From assembly GCA_038319625.1 (NCBI GenBank), contig JBBQDK010000007.1, positions 1-32,000 on the forward strand: a stretch of 32,000 bases of DNA. Reading direction: 5' to 3'. This DNA comes from Gammaproteobacteria bacterium. Its GTDB lineage: Bacteria > Pseudomonadota > Gammaproteobacteria > JBBQDK01. The notes under the pieces were generated by a model that was not told the origin of the DNA, made no database searches, and worked only from the letters and a program-made list of their open reading frames with translations. Shown in pieces: positions 8,984 to 16,539 of this stretch (its first letter is position 1; every line of letters starts with the position of its first letter). The position numbers and the translations under genes are program-made.

Positions 8984-9175
8984 TCAGGCAGAGTGTTGCC
9001 GCGTCTGCATGGCCTGAATCTGGCGGTCATGAACGCGTGATAGCAACAGCAGAGACGTGCAGGCGCCGATCAGTGCAAAGAACATGTCCGATTGCGTGTC
9101 CCACGGGTCACCCTGCGTGCCCAGGAACTCGTCGGCGCCCTGTCCCATGGCCAGGGCCGCGCCTTGGATTATCAA
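8984..9175 (-). pseudogene. 3' remnant of a DUF2238/YjdF-family inner-membrane protein gene
   Basis: The translation contains FLGTQGDPWDTQSDMFFALIGA...LLLLSRVHDRQ, the conserved C-terminal GTQGDxWDxQxDM block of YjdF-type proteins. Only about 60 of the roughly 200 expected residues are present, and hairpin-repeat sequence (9237..9260) lies about 60 nt upstream of the stub. Confidence 0.55.
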
Positions 9176-9236
9176 TCATCACAAACCCACCACGTCCTCG
9201 GCCCCCGCTACCCGCAAATGAGGCTGCACACATCAG

Positions 9237-9260
9237 CCTCTCCCGCCCGGGTGGGAGAGG
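9237..9260. repeat. CCTCTCCC-N8-GGGAGAGG hairpin repeat
   Basis: 8-bp stem followed by GTGGGGGAGAG. It belongs to the same family as 6372, 11141, 18185 and 28349. Confidence 0.7.
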
Positions 9261-9515
9261 GTGGGGGAGAGATGAGCCTATACTATGTCCAGTCAGACAG
9301 AGTACGGCCAGGCAACGACCACCCATTCCAGCTATCGGAGTAAGAAGTCACACAACCTGTTGGGCTGAAGTAGCACGCGGCGTCGGGTATGATTCACCCA
9401 AGCAAGTAAAGTACAGTAGGGCGGACAAACAACTGTTCATTACTCATTGCGAAGTCAGCGCCGATCCCGAAAATGTCGGCAACAGTTGTCAGTAATATCC
9501 GGCTCAAAAGAACGT

Positions 9516-9548
9516 CCCCTCTCCCCAGGAAGAGGGCCAGGGTGAGGG
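9516..9548. repeat. inverted partial copy of the composite repeat head
   Basis: 9531..9548 (AGAGGGCCAGGGTGAGGG) is the exact reverse complement of CCCTCACCCTGGCCCTCT at 18236..18253. CCCCTCTCC precedes it. Confidence 0.75.
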
Positions 9549-9597
9549 AACTCAGTACGCATCCACATCCTCCACCTCCCGACAACAGAGGTTGACC

Positions 9598-11115
9598 ATG
9601 TCAAAACCGAAACAAGTGCGCGGTCCCAATTTCACCCAGGGTTATTCCTTCGCCAAACTGCGCGACGGCGAAACGCTGCTCGGCCACGCCGATGGCGAGC
9701 ATGTGATGCTGGCGCGGCGCGGTGATGAGGTATTCGCCGTCGGCGCGGTATGCACACATTACGGCGCACTGCTGACCGATGGTATCCTGGTCGGCGACAC
9801 CGTACGCTGTCCCTGGCATCACGCCTGCTTCAGTCTGCGCACCGGCGAAGCGCTGGCCGCGCCGGCCTTCAAACCCTTGCCGTGCTGGCAGGTCGAACGC
9901 GACGGCGATACCATTCGTCTCGCCGCGCCCCAAGCGGTGTCGGCACCGCGCACCACACTCGCGCAGGTGCCGGAATCGATCATCGTCATCGGCACGGGCG
10001 CCGCCGGCACCGCCGCGGTCGACATGCTGCGCCGCGAAGGCTACCGCGGAGCTATTACCATGATCGGCGCAGAAGCGAACCCACCGCTCGATCGGCCGAA
10101 TCTGTCCAAAGACTATCTCGCGGGCGGCATGCCGGAAGACTGGTTGTGGCTGATGCCGGATGCCTATTACAGCGACAACGATATCCAACTGATCACCGGT
10201 ATCGCAGCGACGGCGCTCGATCCGGCGCAACGCAAGGTCACCCTCGCGGATGGCCGCAGTCTCAACTACGGTGCGCTGCTGCTGGCGACCGGTGCCGACC
10301 CCGTGCACCTGCCGATTCCCGGGGCGGACCTGCCGCACGTTCATTACCTGCGCAGCCTGCCCGACAGTCACGGCATCGTCACCGCGACTAAGCATGCCAA
10401 ACGCGCCGTGGTGATCGGCGCGAGTTTCATCGGTCTGGAGGCGGCGGCCTCGTTGCGCGCACGCGGGTTGGAAGTGCACGTCGTCGCGCCGGACCAGCGG
10501 CCACTGGAACGCATCCTTGGCCCCGAGATTGGCGACTTCATTCGCGTCCTGCACGAACAGCACGGTGTCGTCTTTCATCTCGGCACCAAACCACAGGCAA
10601 TCGCCGCCGATGCGGTCACGCTGGAAAGCGGCGAACGCATCGCCGCCGATCTGGTGGTGATCGGCGTCGGTGTCAGGCCGGCCTTACAACTCGCCGAGCA
10701 GGCCGGCCTCGCCATCGACAAGGGCGTGACGGTCGATAAATACCTCGAAACCAGCTGCCCCGGCATCTACGCCGCCGGCGACATCGCCCGCTACCCCGAC
10801 GCCAACAACGGCAAGCGCGTGCGTATCGAGCACTGGAATGTGGCGCAATGGCAAGGCCAGACCGCTGCACGCAACATGCTCGGCCACCGCGAAGTCTACA
10901 AGTCCGTGCCATTCTTCTGGAGCGTGCACTACGACGTCACGCTCAACTACGTCGGCCACGCCGAACACTGGGACCGCATCGACATCGACGGCAGTATCCA
11001 GGATCACGACTGCACGCTGCGCTACATGGCGGATGGCAAGGCGATGGCGGTGCTGACGATATTTCGGGATAAGGAGAGTTTGAGGGTGGCGGTTGAGATG
11101 GGTGGGGGTGTTTGA
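9598..11115 (+). CDS. Rieske [2Fe-2S] domain fused to an FAD/NAD(P)-dependent pyridine nucleotide-disulfide oxidoreductase (ferredoxin-reductase/AIF-like)
   Basis: The N-terminus carries Rieske ligands CTHYG...CPWHH. Two Rossmann motifs follow (IIVIGTGAAG, AVVIGASFIGLE), then AAGD and a reductase C-terminal domain. I prefer the ATG at 9598 because GAGG lies 6 nt upstream; the track start at 9592 is a TTG. Confidence 0.85.
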   Translation: MSKPKQVRGPNFTQGYSFAKLRDGETLLGHADGEHVMLARRGDEVFAVGAVCTHYGALLTDGILVGDTVRCPWHHACFSLRTGEALAAPAFKPLPCWQVERDGDTIRLAAPQAVSAPRTTLAQVPESIIVIGTGAAGTAAVDMLRREGYRGAITMIGAEANPPLDRPNLSKDYLAGGMPEDWLWLMPDAYYSDNDIQLITGIAATALDPAQRKVTLADGRSLNYGALLLATGADPVHLPIPGADLPHVHYLRSLPDSHGIVTATKHAKRAVVIGASFIGLEAAASLRARGLEVHVVAPDQRPLERILGPEIGDFIRVLHEQHGVVFHLGTKPQAIAADAVTLESGERIAADLVVIGVGVRPALQLAEQAGLAIDKGVTVDKYLETSCPGIYAAGDIARYPDANNGKRVRIEHWNVAQWQGQTAARNMLGHREVYKSVPFFWSVHYDVTLNYVGHAEHWDRIDIDGSIQDHDCTLRYMADGKAMAVLTIFRDKESLRVAVEMGGGV

Positions 11116-11140
11116 ATAAGTCTGTCACCTTTAGTTTGCT

Positions 11141-11176
11141 CTCCCCCGTCTCCCGCCCTGGCGGGAGACGGGGGAG
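11141..11176. terminator. perfect 16-bp hairpin between convergent genes (repeat-family member, probable bidirectional terminator)
   Basis: CTCCCCCGTCTCCCGC-cctg-GCGGGAGACGGGGGAG lies 26 nt after the Rieske-FAD stop and 54 nt after the GyrI-like stop on the other strand. Confidence 0.6.
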
Positions 11177-11229
11177 AGGGTGGGGAAGTTTCGGCATCGA
11201 TGAAACCATGTAATGCAATCATGTAATAC

Positions 11230-11700
11230 TCAATAATCAACCAGCGGCCGGTAGAGTTCAGTGCGCCAGCTGGCGGGGTCCGGATTCGACTCCGGGCCGG
11301 TGATGTAGCGTTCCCAAAGGTTCGCTGCCGGGGTATGTCCGTTGCTTACGATCCACTTGATGAACTTGCCCCAGCCGTCGCCGAGTTGTTCGTAAGGGCC
11401 GTGATAGACCGTGCGTGCCACCTGCGCCGCAGCGGGCAGATGGCCCGGCTGCACGCGGCCCGTCGCGGCGACCGGCGTCGCGACGGGCACGCAGATTTCG
11501 AAATCGAAAATGTCCGGGTCCACGCGCAGGTGGTGCGTAAATAAGGGTCCGGTTGGCACAATGCTCTGGGCGGCAAGTGTGTCGATAATCTCCTTGATGC
11601 CTGGTTCCATGACTGTGCGGATCTCCGCTCGCGGCACCGTGAGCCGGATCATGGCAGTGAGCTGTGCATCGGTGGCTACGATTTGTGGTGGTTCGATCAT
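11230..11700 (-). CDS. GyrI-like small-molecule-binding domain protein
   Basis: 156 aa with the two-repeat beta-alpha-beta-beta pattern of GyrI/SbmC-like effector-binding domains (...VYHGPYEQLGDGWGKFIKWIVSNGH...WERYITGP...). It starts 37 nt after the sigma-factor stop on the same strand. Confidence 0.7.
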   Translation of the reverse strand: MIEPPQIVATDAQLTAMIRLTVPRAEIRTVMEPGIKEIIDTLAAQSIVPTGPLFTHHLRVDPDIFDFEICVPVATPVAATGRVQPGHLPAAAQVARTVYHGPYEQLGDGWGKFIKWIVSNGHTPAANLWERYITGPESNPDPASWRTELYRPLVDY

Positions 11701-11737
11701 CTGTGACTCCTGTGGTTCAGTTCTCGTTACTGTCGCT

Positions 11738-13027
11738 TCAATTCATTGAATGTCCGGCTGCGCCGGTCTGAGGTGTGCACGCGGCAGCGCGTCCGAGCAG
11801 CAGCGCGCGCTCGCGGCTGTTATGCGTGAGCATTGCTGCACGTACGAATTCCACGCGCGCTTCGTCGCTGCGTCCGAGCTTGGCGAGCAGATCGCCGCGC
11901 ACGCTCGGCAAGAGGTGATAATGCTTTAATGAAGGCTCGGACAGTAATGCATCGACGAGTTCCAGTCCCGCAGCCGGACCGAAGGCCATTGCGATGGCGA
12001 CCGCGCGGTTCAGTTCGACAACGGGCGATGGGGCAAGTTGCGCAAGCGCATCGTAAAGCGCGGCGATGCGCACCCAGTCCGTTTCCTCCGCTGTATGCGC
12101 ACGCGCGTGACATGCAGCAATTGCGGCCTGCAGAGTGTACGGACCGAGCGCGCCGCCAATGGTCACGGCCCGATCAAGTGCCGCGAGACCACGATGGATC
12201 AACAGTTGATCCCAACGCGCACGGTTCTGATCAAGCAGCAGCACGGGCTCGCCCGACGGACCGATGCGTGCGTGCAGGCGCGAGGCCTGGATCTCCATCA
12301 GAGCGACCAGGCCGTGAACCTCCGGCTCCTGCGCGCTGAGTTCGGCCAGCACACGGCCGAGTCGCAAGGCTTCGTCGCAGATCGCGGGCCGCAGCCAATC
12401 GTCACCGGCCGTCGCTGAGTAGCCTTCGTTGAAAATGAGATAGATGACGTCGAGCACCGATGTCAGGCGGCCGGCCAGTTCATTGCCGCGCGGCACCTCG
12501 AAGGGAACGTGCGCGGCGGCGAGTGTCCGTTTGGCGCGAACGATACGCTGCGCGACGGTCGGTTCCGGGACCAGAAAGGCGCGCGCGATTTCATCGGTGG
12601 TCAGGCCACCGAGCAGACGCAGCGTGAGCGCGACGCGCGCTTCGGCGGACAGCACCGGATGACAGGCGGTGAATATCAGGCGCAGCAGGTCGTCGCCGAT
12701 GTCGTCATCGATTGCATCGGTATCGATCGCGCTCATCACCTGCTCCATCTCGAGTGCGTAACCCAGTTCTACATGCTTGCGGTCGCGCAGCTTGTCGCGA
12801 CGCAGAAAATCGATGGCACGCCACTTCGCGGTGGCCATGAGCCAGGCGCCGGGATTGTCCGGGATGCCCGTAGCCGGCCAATGTTCCAGTGCGGCCACCA
12901 GCGCATCCTGCGCGAGTTCCTCGGCGAGGCCGACATCGCGTACCAGTCGCGCGATGCCGGCGATAATCCGGGCCGATTCGATGCGCCAGACTGCTGTGAT
13001 CGCGCGATGGGTGGCAGCTGTTGTCAT
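11738..13027 (-). CDS. ECF sigma factor with a long C-terminal extension (ECF42-like)
   Basis: 429 aa. The N-terminal roughly 190 aa carry sigma-70 region 2 (DNPGAWLMATAKWRAIDFLRR) and the region 4 HTH (LTTDEIARAFLVPEPTVAQRIVRAKRTL). The remaining roughly 240 aa are a helical, TPR-like extension. The gene is preceded by two DGPF/YciI genes. Confidence 0.85.
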   Translation of the reverse strand: MTTAATHRAITAVWRIESARIIAGIARLVRDVGLAEELAQDALVAALEHWPATGIPDNPGAWLMATAKWRAIDFLRRDKLRDRKHVELGYALEMEQVMSAIDTDAIDDDIGDDLLRLIFTACHPVLSAEARVALTLRLLGGLTTDEIARAFLVPEPTVAQRIVRAKRTLAAAHVPFEVPRGNELAGRLTSVLDVIYLIFNEGYSATAGDDWLRPAICDEALRLGRVLAELSAQEPEVHGLVALMEIQASRLHARIGPSGEPVLLLDQNRARWDQLLIHRGLAALDRAVTIGGALGPYTLQAAIAACHARAHTAEETDWVRIAALYDALAQLAPSPVVELNRAVAIAMAFGPAAGLELVDALLSEPSLKHYHLLPSVRGDLLAKLGRSDEARVEFVRAAMLTHNSRERALLLGRAAACTPQTGAAGHSMN

Positions 13028-13078
13028 GGCAACATGGCAGGCATGATTATAAGGTCTGTCCTGTCTCGCTACTGTCGT

Positions 13079-13435
13079 TCAGTCGCTGTGACAGGGCGCG
13101 ACCTCGCGCACTTCGACAGTGGCCCACGCGGCGGCGGGACACTCGCCGGCAATCGTAATCGCCTGTTCTCTGCTGTTGCAATCGAGCAGGAAGAAGCCGC
13201 CGATCATTTCCTTGGCTTCGGTAAAGGGGCCGTCGCGCAGTATCGGTTTACCGTTCCGCACGCTGACTCGTACACCGTCGCTGTCGGAGCGCAATGAATT
13301 GCTGGCCGTGAGCAGACCGCGCACTGTGAGATCCTCGCCGAAACGCACCATCTGTGCGTAGGCAAGCTGCGCTTCTTCGGTAGTCCGGCTGAGGCGTTGC
13401 CCGCGCGGTTCGACAATCAAAAGTAGATAAGCCAT
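13079..13435 (-). CDS. YciI-like / DGPF-motif protein
   Basis: The protein contains DGPFTEAKEMIGGFFLL. I moved the start from 13453 to the ATG at 13435 (MAYLLLIVEP...) because GAGGG lies 7 nt upstream of it. Confidence 0.8.
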   Translation of the reverse strand: MAYLLLIVEPRGQRLSRTTEEAQLAYAQMVRFGEDLTVRGLLTASNSLRSDSDGVRVSVRNGKPILRDGPFTEAKEMIGGFFLLDCNSREQAITIAGECPAAAWATVEVREVAPCHSD

Positions 13436-13482
13436 GGGTTTACCCTCATTCAATAGAATAAGCCAAGTCTGTTGCCGGCAGG

Positions 13483-13905
13483 TTACGATGATATCTTCGC
13501 CCCGACGCCGATATCGCGAAAGCGTTCAATCGCGTCACTCGGTCCAAAGTCCTCCAGTTCGAACAGTCGGCGGACTTCGATCTCACCTGTCTTGCCGTCG
13601 ACGGCGGGATTGGGAAAACGCCGGATCCATTCCATGGCCTCTTCGCGTGACTTTACCTGTATCAGGGTGTAGCCGGCTATCAATTCCTTGGTCTCGGTGA
13701 AAGGTCCGTCGATGACCTTGCGTTGCTCACCGGAATACTGGATGCGCCACCCCGATGCGCTCGGGTGCAGTCCGGTGGCGTCGAGCAGCACACCGGCCTT
13801 CATCAGTTCTTCGTGGAATGCCGCCATGCTGGTGAGCAGCTTCTCCTCGGGCATAACACCCGCTTCCGAGTCCTTGGTAGCCTTGACAATGATCATGTAT
13901 CGCAT
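13483..13905 (-). CDS. YciI-like / DGPF-motif protein
   Basis: 140 aa, MRYMIIVKATKDSEAG...IDGPFTETKELIAGYTLIQV.... The track ORF (to 14190) is over-extended. The ATG at 13905 has GGAGA upstream, and the extension is Pro/Arg/Cys-rich junk that overlaps the next gene. Confidence 0.85.
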   Translation of the reverse strand: MRYMIIVKATKDSEAGVMPEEKLLTSMAAFHEELMKAGVLLDATGLHPSASGWRIQYSGEQRKVIDGPFTETKELIAGYTLIQVKSREEAMEWIRRFPNPAVDGKTGEIEVRRLFELEDFGPSDAIERFRDIGVGAKISS

Positions 13906-13984
13906 GCGGGTCTCCTTCTGAATTTTGTGAAAACTCAACCGCCCTGTGCGGGCTCGAATAAGTGGCGGAGCAGTCTGTCCGTGC

Positions 13985-14398
13985 TCAGGCCGGAACAATG
14001 ACCATCCACGACACGCCGAAGCGGTCCGCGACCATGCCGAAGCGCGACGAAACAAAGGTCCTGGACAACGGCATCTGCACTTGGCCGCCATCGGCCAGCG
14101 CGGCGAACAGTCGATCGGCCTCGGCGTCGTCAGCGGCGGACAGGGACAATGAAAAGCTCTGGAAATTTGCTGCGCCCAGGCACCGGCCATCGGACGCCAT
14201 CAGCGTGGACTCGCCGATGCGCAAGCTCGCGTGCATCACCTTGTCGCTATTTGCCGGCGTGATGCAGTCGGGGTCACATGGTTCGGGGCTGTCTTTGTAG
14301 CGCAGCAGCATCGTCAGTTCCGCGCCCAGCGCCTTGCGGTAGAACTCGATAGCCTCCTCGCAACGGCCTTCGAAGAACAGATAGGGTTGTATTTGCAT
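13985..14398 (-). CDS. VOC-superfamily protein, PhnB/YjdN-like (glyoxalase/bleomycin-resistance fold)
   Basis: 137 aa, MQIQPYLFFEGRCEEAIEFYRKALGAE...VMHASLRIGESTLMASD...FGMVADRFGVSWMV, the hallmark N- and C-terminal blocks of PhnB-like proteins. The ATG at 14398 has AAGGAGA upstream, so the track ORF start at 14497 is over-extended. Confidence 0.8.
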   Translation of the reverse strand: MQIQPYLFFEGRCEEAIEFYRKALGAELTMLLRYKDSPEPCDPDCITPANSDKVMHASLRIGESTLMASDGRCLGAANFQSFSLSLSAADDAEADRLFAALADGGQVQMPLSRTFVSSRFGMVADRFGVSWMVIVPA

Positions 14399-14487
14399 GG
14401 TATCTCCTTGAGCGTTTCGGTTCGACGCAGGGTTTCCGGTCGACCCCGATGGTGTGGCGGCGCCTGATTGCGCCCTACACTCGGTAC

Positions 14488-14514
14488 GACGAACCAAGCC
14501 TCACGAAATCGACA
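14488..14514 (-). promoter_or_regulatory. candidate ECF-type promoter TGTCGA-N17-CGTC upstream of the VOC/DGPF/sigma operon
   Basis: The minus strand reads TGTCGAT ttcgtgaggcttggtt CGTC, about 90 nt upstream of the first gene start (14398). This has the shape of an ECF -35/-10 pair. Assignment to this sigma factor is inference. Confidence 0.35.
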
Positions 14515-14737
14515 CGGGGATGAAATTATTTTCTGCCGTTTTGCGAGTCGTAGCATCAGGCCACATTGTCGCGGGGTATCCGGAATTTTAGCGCGGATCA
14601 CGGACTTGAGAAACTGTGGCGGGAAGACGCGGCGAGTCGATTCCAATACACAGTGTGTGGCAACCGTATGAGGCCGCACGCCGGTGGCGGTACAGTCCCG
14701 CTTTACGCTGCCGTGTCGTTTGGGTTATACAAGCTGC

Positions 14738-15463
14738 ATGATAGTGCTGTTCACCGACTTCGGTCTTGAAGGTCCCTACATCGGTCAGATGAAGGCGGTG
14801 CTGACGCGCACGGCACCGGGCGAGGTAGTCATTGATCTGTTCGCCAATGCACCGACCTTCGATGCGCAAGCCGCGGCGTATTTGCTGGCGGCCTACACCG
14901 GCGAGTTTCCCGCCGGCACCGTGTTCCTGTGCGTGATCGATCCCGGCGTCGGTGGCGAGCGACGCGCCGCCGCGGTGCTGGCCGATGGCCGCTGGTTTGT
15001 CGGCCCTGACAACGGTCTGTTTAATGTCGTCGCGATGCGTGCGAACGAAGTGCAATGGTGGGATCTGACCTGGCGACCGGAAAACCTGTCGGCGAGTTTT
15101 CACGGCCGTGATCTGTTCGCGCCGGTGGCGGCACGAATTGCGCGTGGCGAAGCGCCGCCCGGCCAACGCATGGAACCGAAGCTGCGTACCCGGCGCGGCT
15201 GGCCCGAGGATCTGGCACGCATTGTATATATTGATGGCTACGGCAATGCCATGACCGGTCTACGCGCCGTCAATCTGCTGATGGAGAACAAGCTGGAAAT
15301 CAATGGCCACCGCCTGGATCGTGAACGCACCTTCAGTGCTGTGCCACCGGGCCATGCGTTCTGGTATGCCAATGCCAATGGCCTGGCAGAGATTGCCATA
15401 AATCAGGGGTGTGCGGCGGAGGTGTTGGGCATCGAACTCGGCGTGACGGTCAACGTCATCTGA
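14738..15463 (+). CDS. SAM hydrolase / SAM-dependent hydroxide adenosyltransferase family protein (DUF62)
   Basis: 241 aa starting at the ATG at 14738 (MIVLFTDFGLEGPYIGQMKAV...). Family blocks are present: TDFG..GPY.G..K, VIDPGVGGERR, GPDNGLF and FHGRDLFAPVAA. The track start at 14684 adds an unlikely 18-aa extension. Confidence 0.85.
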   Translation: MIVLFTDFGLEGPYIGQMKAVLTRTAPGEVVIDLFANAPTFDAQAAAYLLAAYTGEFPAGTVFLCVIDPGVGGERRAAAVLADGRWFVGPDNGLFNVVAMRANEVQWWDLTWRPENLSASFHGRDLFAPVAARIARGEAPPGQRMEPKLRTRRGWPEDLARIVYIDGYGNAMTGLRAVNLLMENKLEINGHRLDRERTFSAVPPGHAFWYANANGLAEIAINQGCAAEVLGIELGVTVNVI

Positions 15464-15480
15464 AGCGGGGTGACACTGGT

Positions 15481-15612
15481 CGCCGTGCAACAGGCGTCGA
15501 TACCGCGGAACAGCGGCAGTTTCTTGCCGAACACAAGCGTGATGTCATGCGGGGTTATCTGTTCAGCAGGCCGGTCGATAGCGAGGCGTTCGACTGCGTG
15601 TTGGCGGAATAG
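15481..15612 (+). pseudogene. 3' stub of an EAL-domain (c-di-GMP phosphodiesterase) gene
   Basis: The translation ...ATGVDTAEQRQFLAEHKRDVMRGYLFSRPVDSEAF... matches the extreme C-terminus of EAL domains (AEGVEtxeQxxxLxxxGCDxxQGYlfsrP). The rest of the domain is absent, and the DUF62 stop lies 18 nt upstream. Confidence 0.5.
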
Positions 15613-15677
15613 AATTTCCTTGAACGATAGTGAGGGTGTGAGTGACTGTGCGTTGTCCAGTCCGGTGCCGTTCAGCC

Positions 15678-16535
15678 TCAATTGGTGCCAATGCCGAGCT
15701 CGTTCCAGATCGCCGTGGTCGGGCCGGACTGGTTCATGGTGTAGAAGTGCAGGCCGGGCGCACCGGCGTCGAGCAGCTTGCGGCACATCTCGCTGACGAT
15801 CTCGTGCCCGAAGGCGCGTATCGATGCCATGTCCTCGCCGTAGGCCTCCAGTCGCTTGCGTATCCAGCGCGGGATTTCCGCACCACAGGCATCGGAGAAT
15901 CGCGCCAACTGCGTGTAATTGGTGATCGGCATAATGCCGGGCACGATGGGGATGTCCAGACCGAGCTTCTCGCAACTGTCCACGAGCCGGTAATAGGCGT
16001 CCGGGTTGAAAAAGTACTGCGTAATAGCGCTATCGGCGCCGGCCTCCACCTTGCGCTTGAAATTCTCAAGATCGCGCCGCGCATTCGGTGCCTGTGGGTG
16101 AAACTCCGGATAGGCTGCGACTTCGATATGAAAGTGCCTGCCGGTCTCGGCGCGGATGAAGGCGACCAGCTCGTTCGCGTAACGCAGTTCGCCGATCTCG
16201 CGCATGCCGGAAGGAACATCACCACGCAGGGCGACGATCTGATGGATGCCGTTGTCGATGTAGGTCCGGAGTATCCCGCGGATGTTGTCGCGGGTTGAGT
16301 CGATACAGGAAAGATGCGGCGCGGCGTCGATGCCGGAATCTTTCTGGATGCCGATGACCGTTTCCAGCGTACGGTCGCGTGTCGAGCCGCCGGCACCGAA
16401 GGTCACGGAAAAGAACCGCGGCTTGAGTCTGGCCAGTTCATCGCGCGTCGCACGCAACTTGGCCATACCCTCGTCGGTCTTGGGCGGAAAGAATTCGAAA
16501 CTAAAAACTGGCTGATGTTTTTTCTTTGCTTGCAT
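15678..16535 (-). CDS. metF: 5,10-methylenetetrahydrofolate reductase
   Basis: 285 aa, FSFEFFPPKTDEGM..., SVTFGAGGSTR..., ALRGD.P, the typical bacterial MetF. It lies downstream of ahcY on the same strand. Confidence 0.93.
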   Translation of the reverse strand: MQAKKKHQPVFSFEFFPPKTDEGMAKLRATRDELARLKPRFFSVTFGAGGSTRDRTLETVIGIQKDSGIDAAPHLSCIDSTRDNIRGILRTYIDNGIHQIVALRGDVPSGMREIGELRYANELVAFIRAETGRHFHIEVAAYPEFHPQAPNARRDLENFKRKVEAGADSAITQYFFNPDAYYRLVDSCEKLGLDIPIVPGIMPITNYTQLARFSDACGAEIPRWIRKRLEAYGEDMASIRAFGHEIVSEMCRKLLDAGAPGLHFYTMNQSGPTTAIWNELGIGTN

Positions 16536-16539
16536 GAGG

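Noticed and set aside
8929-9495. 188-aa + strand ORF in the BON to Rieske-FAD spacer.
   Set aside because: It runs straight through the YjdF stub (opposite strand) and a dispersed hairpin repeat. Its composition is Pro/Arg-rich and low-complexity, it has no SD, and it matches no family.
13906-14190. N-terminal extensions of track ORFs: 13483..14190, 13985..14497, 14684.., 30728..31975, 7012..8073, 16652..18082 and 13079..13453.
   Set aside because: In each case an internal ATG with a well-spaced GGAG-type SD starts the conserved part of the protein. The extension is compositionally odd or overlaps the neighbouring gene.
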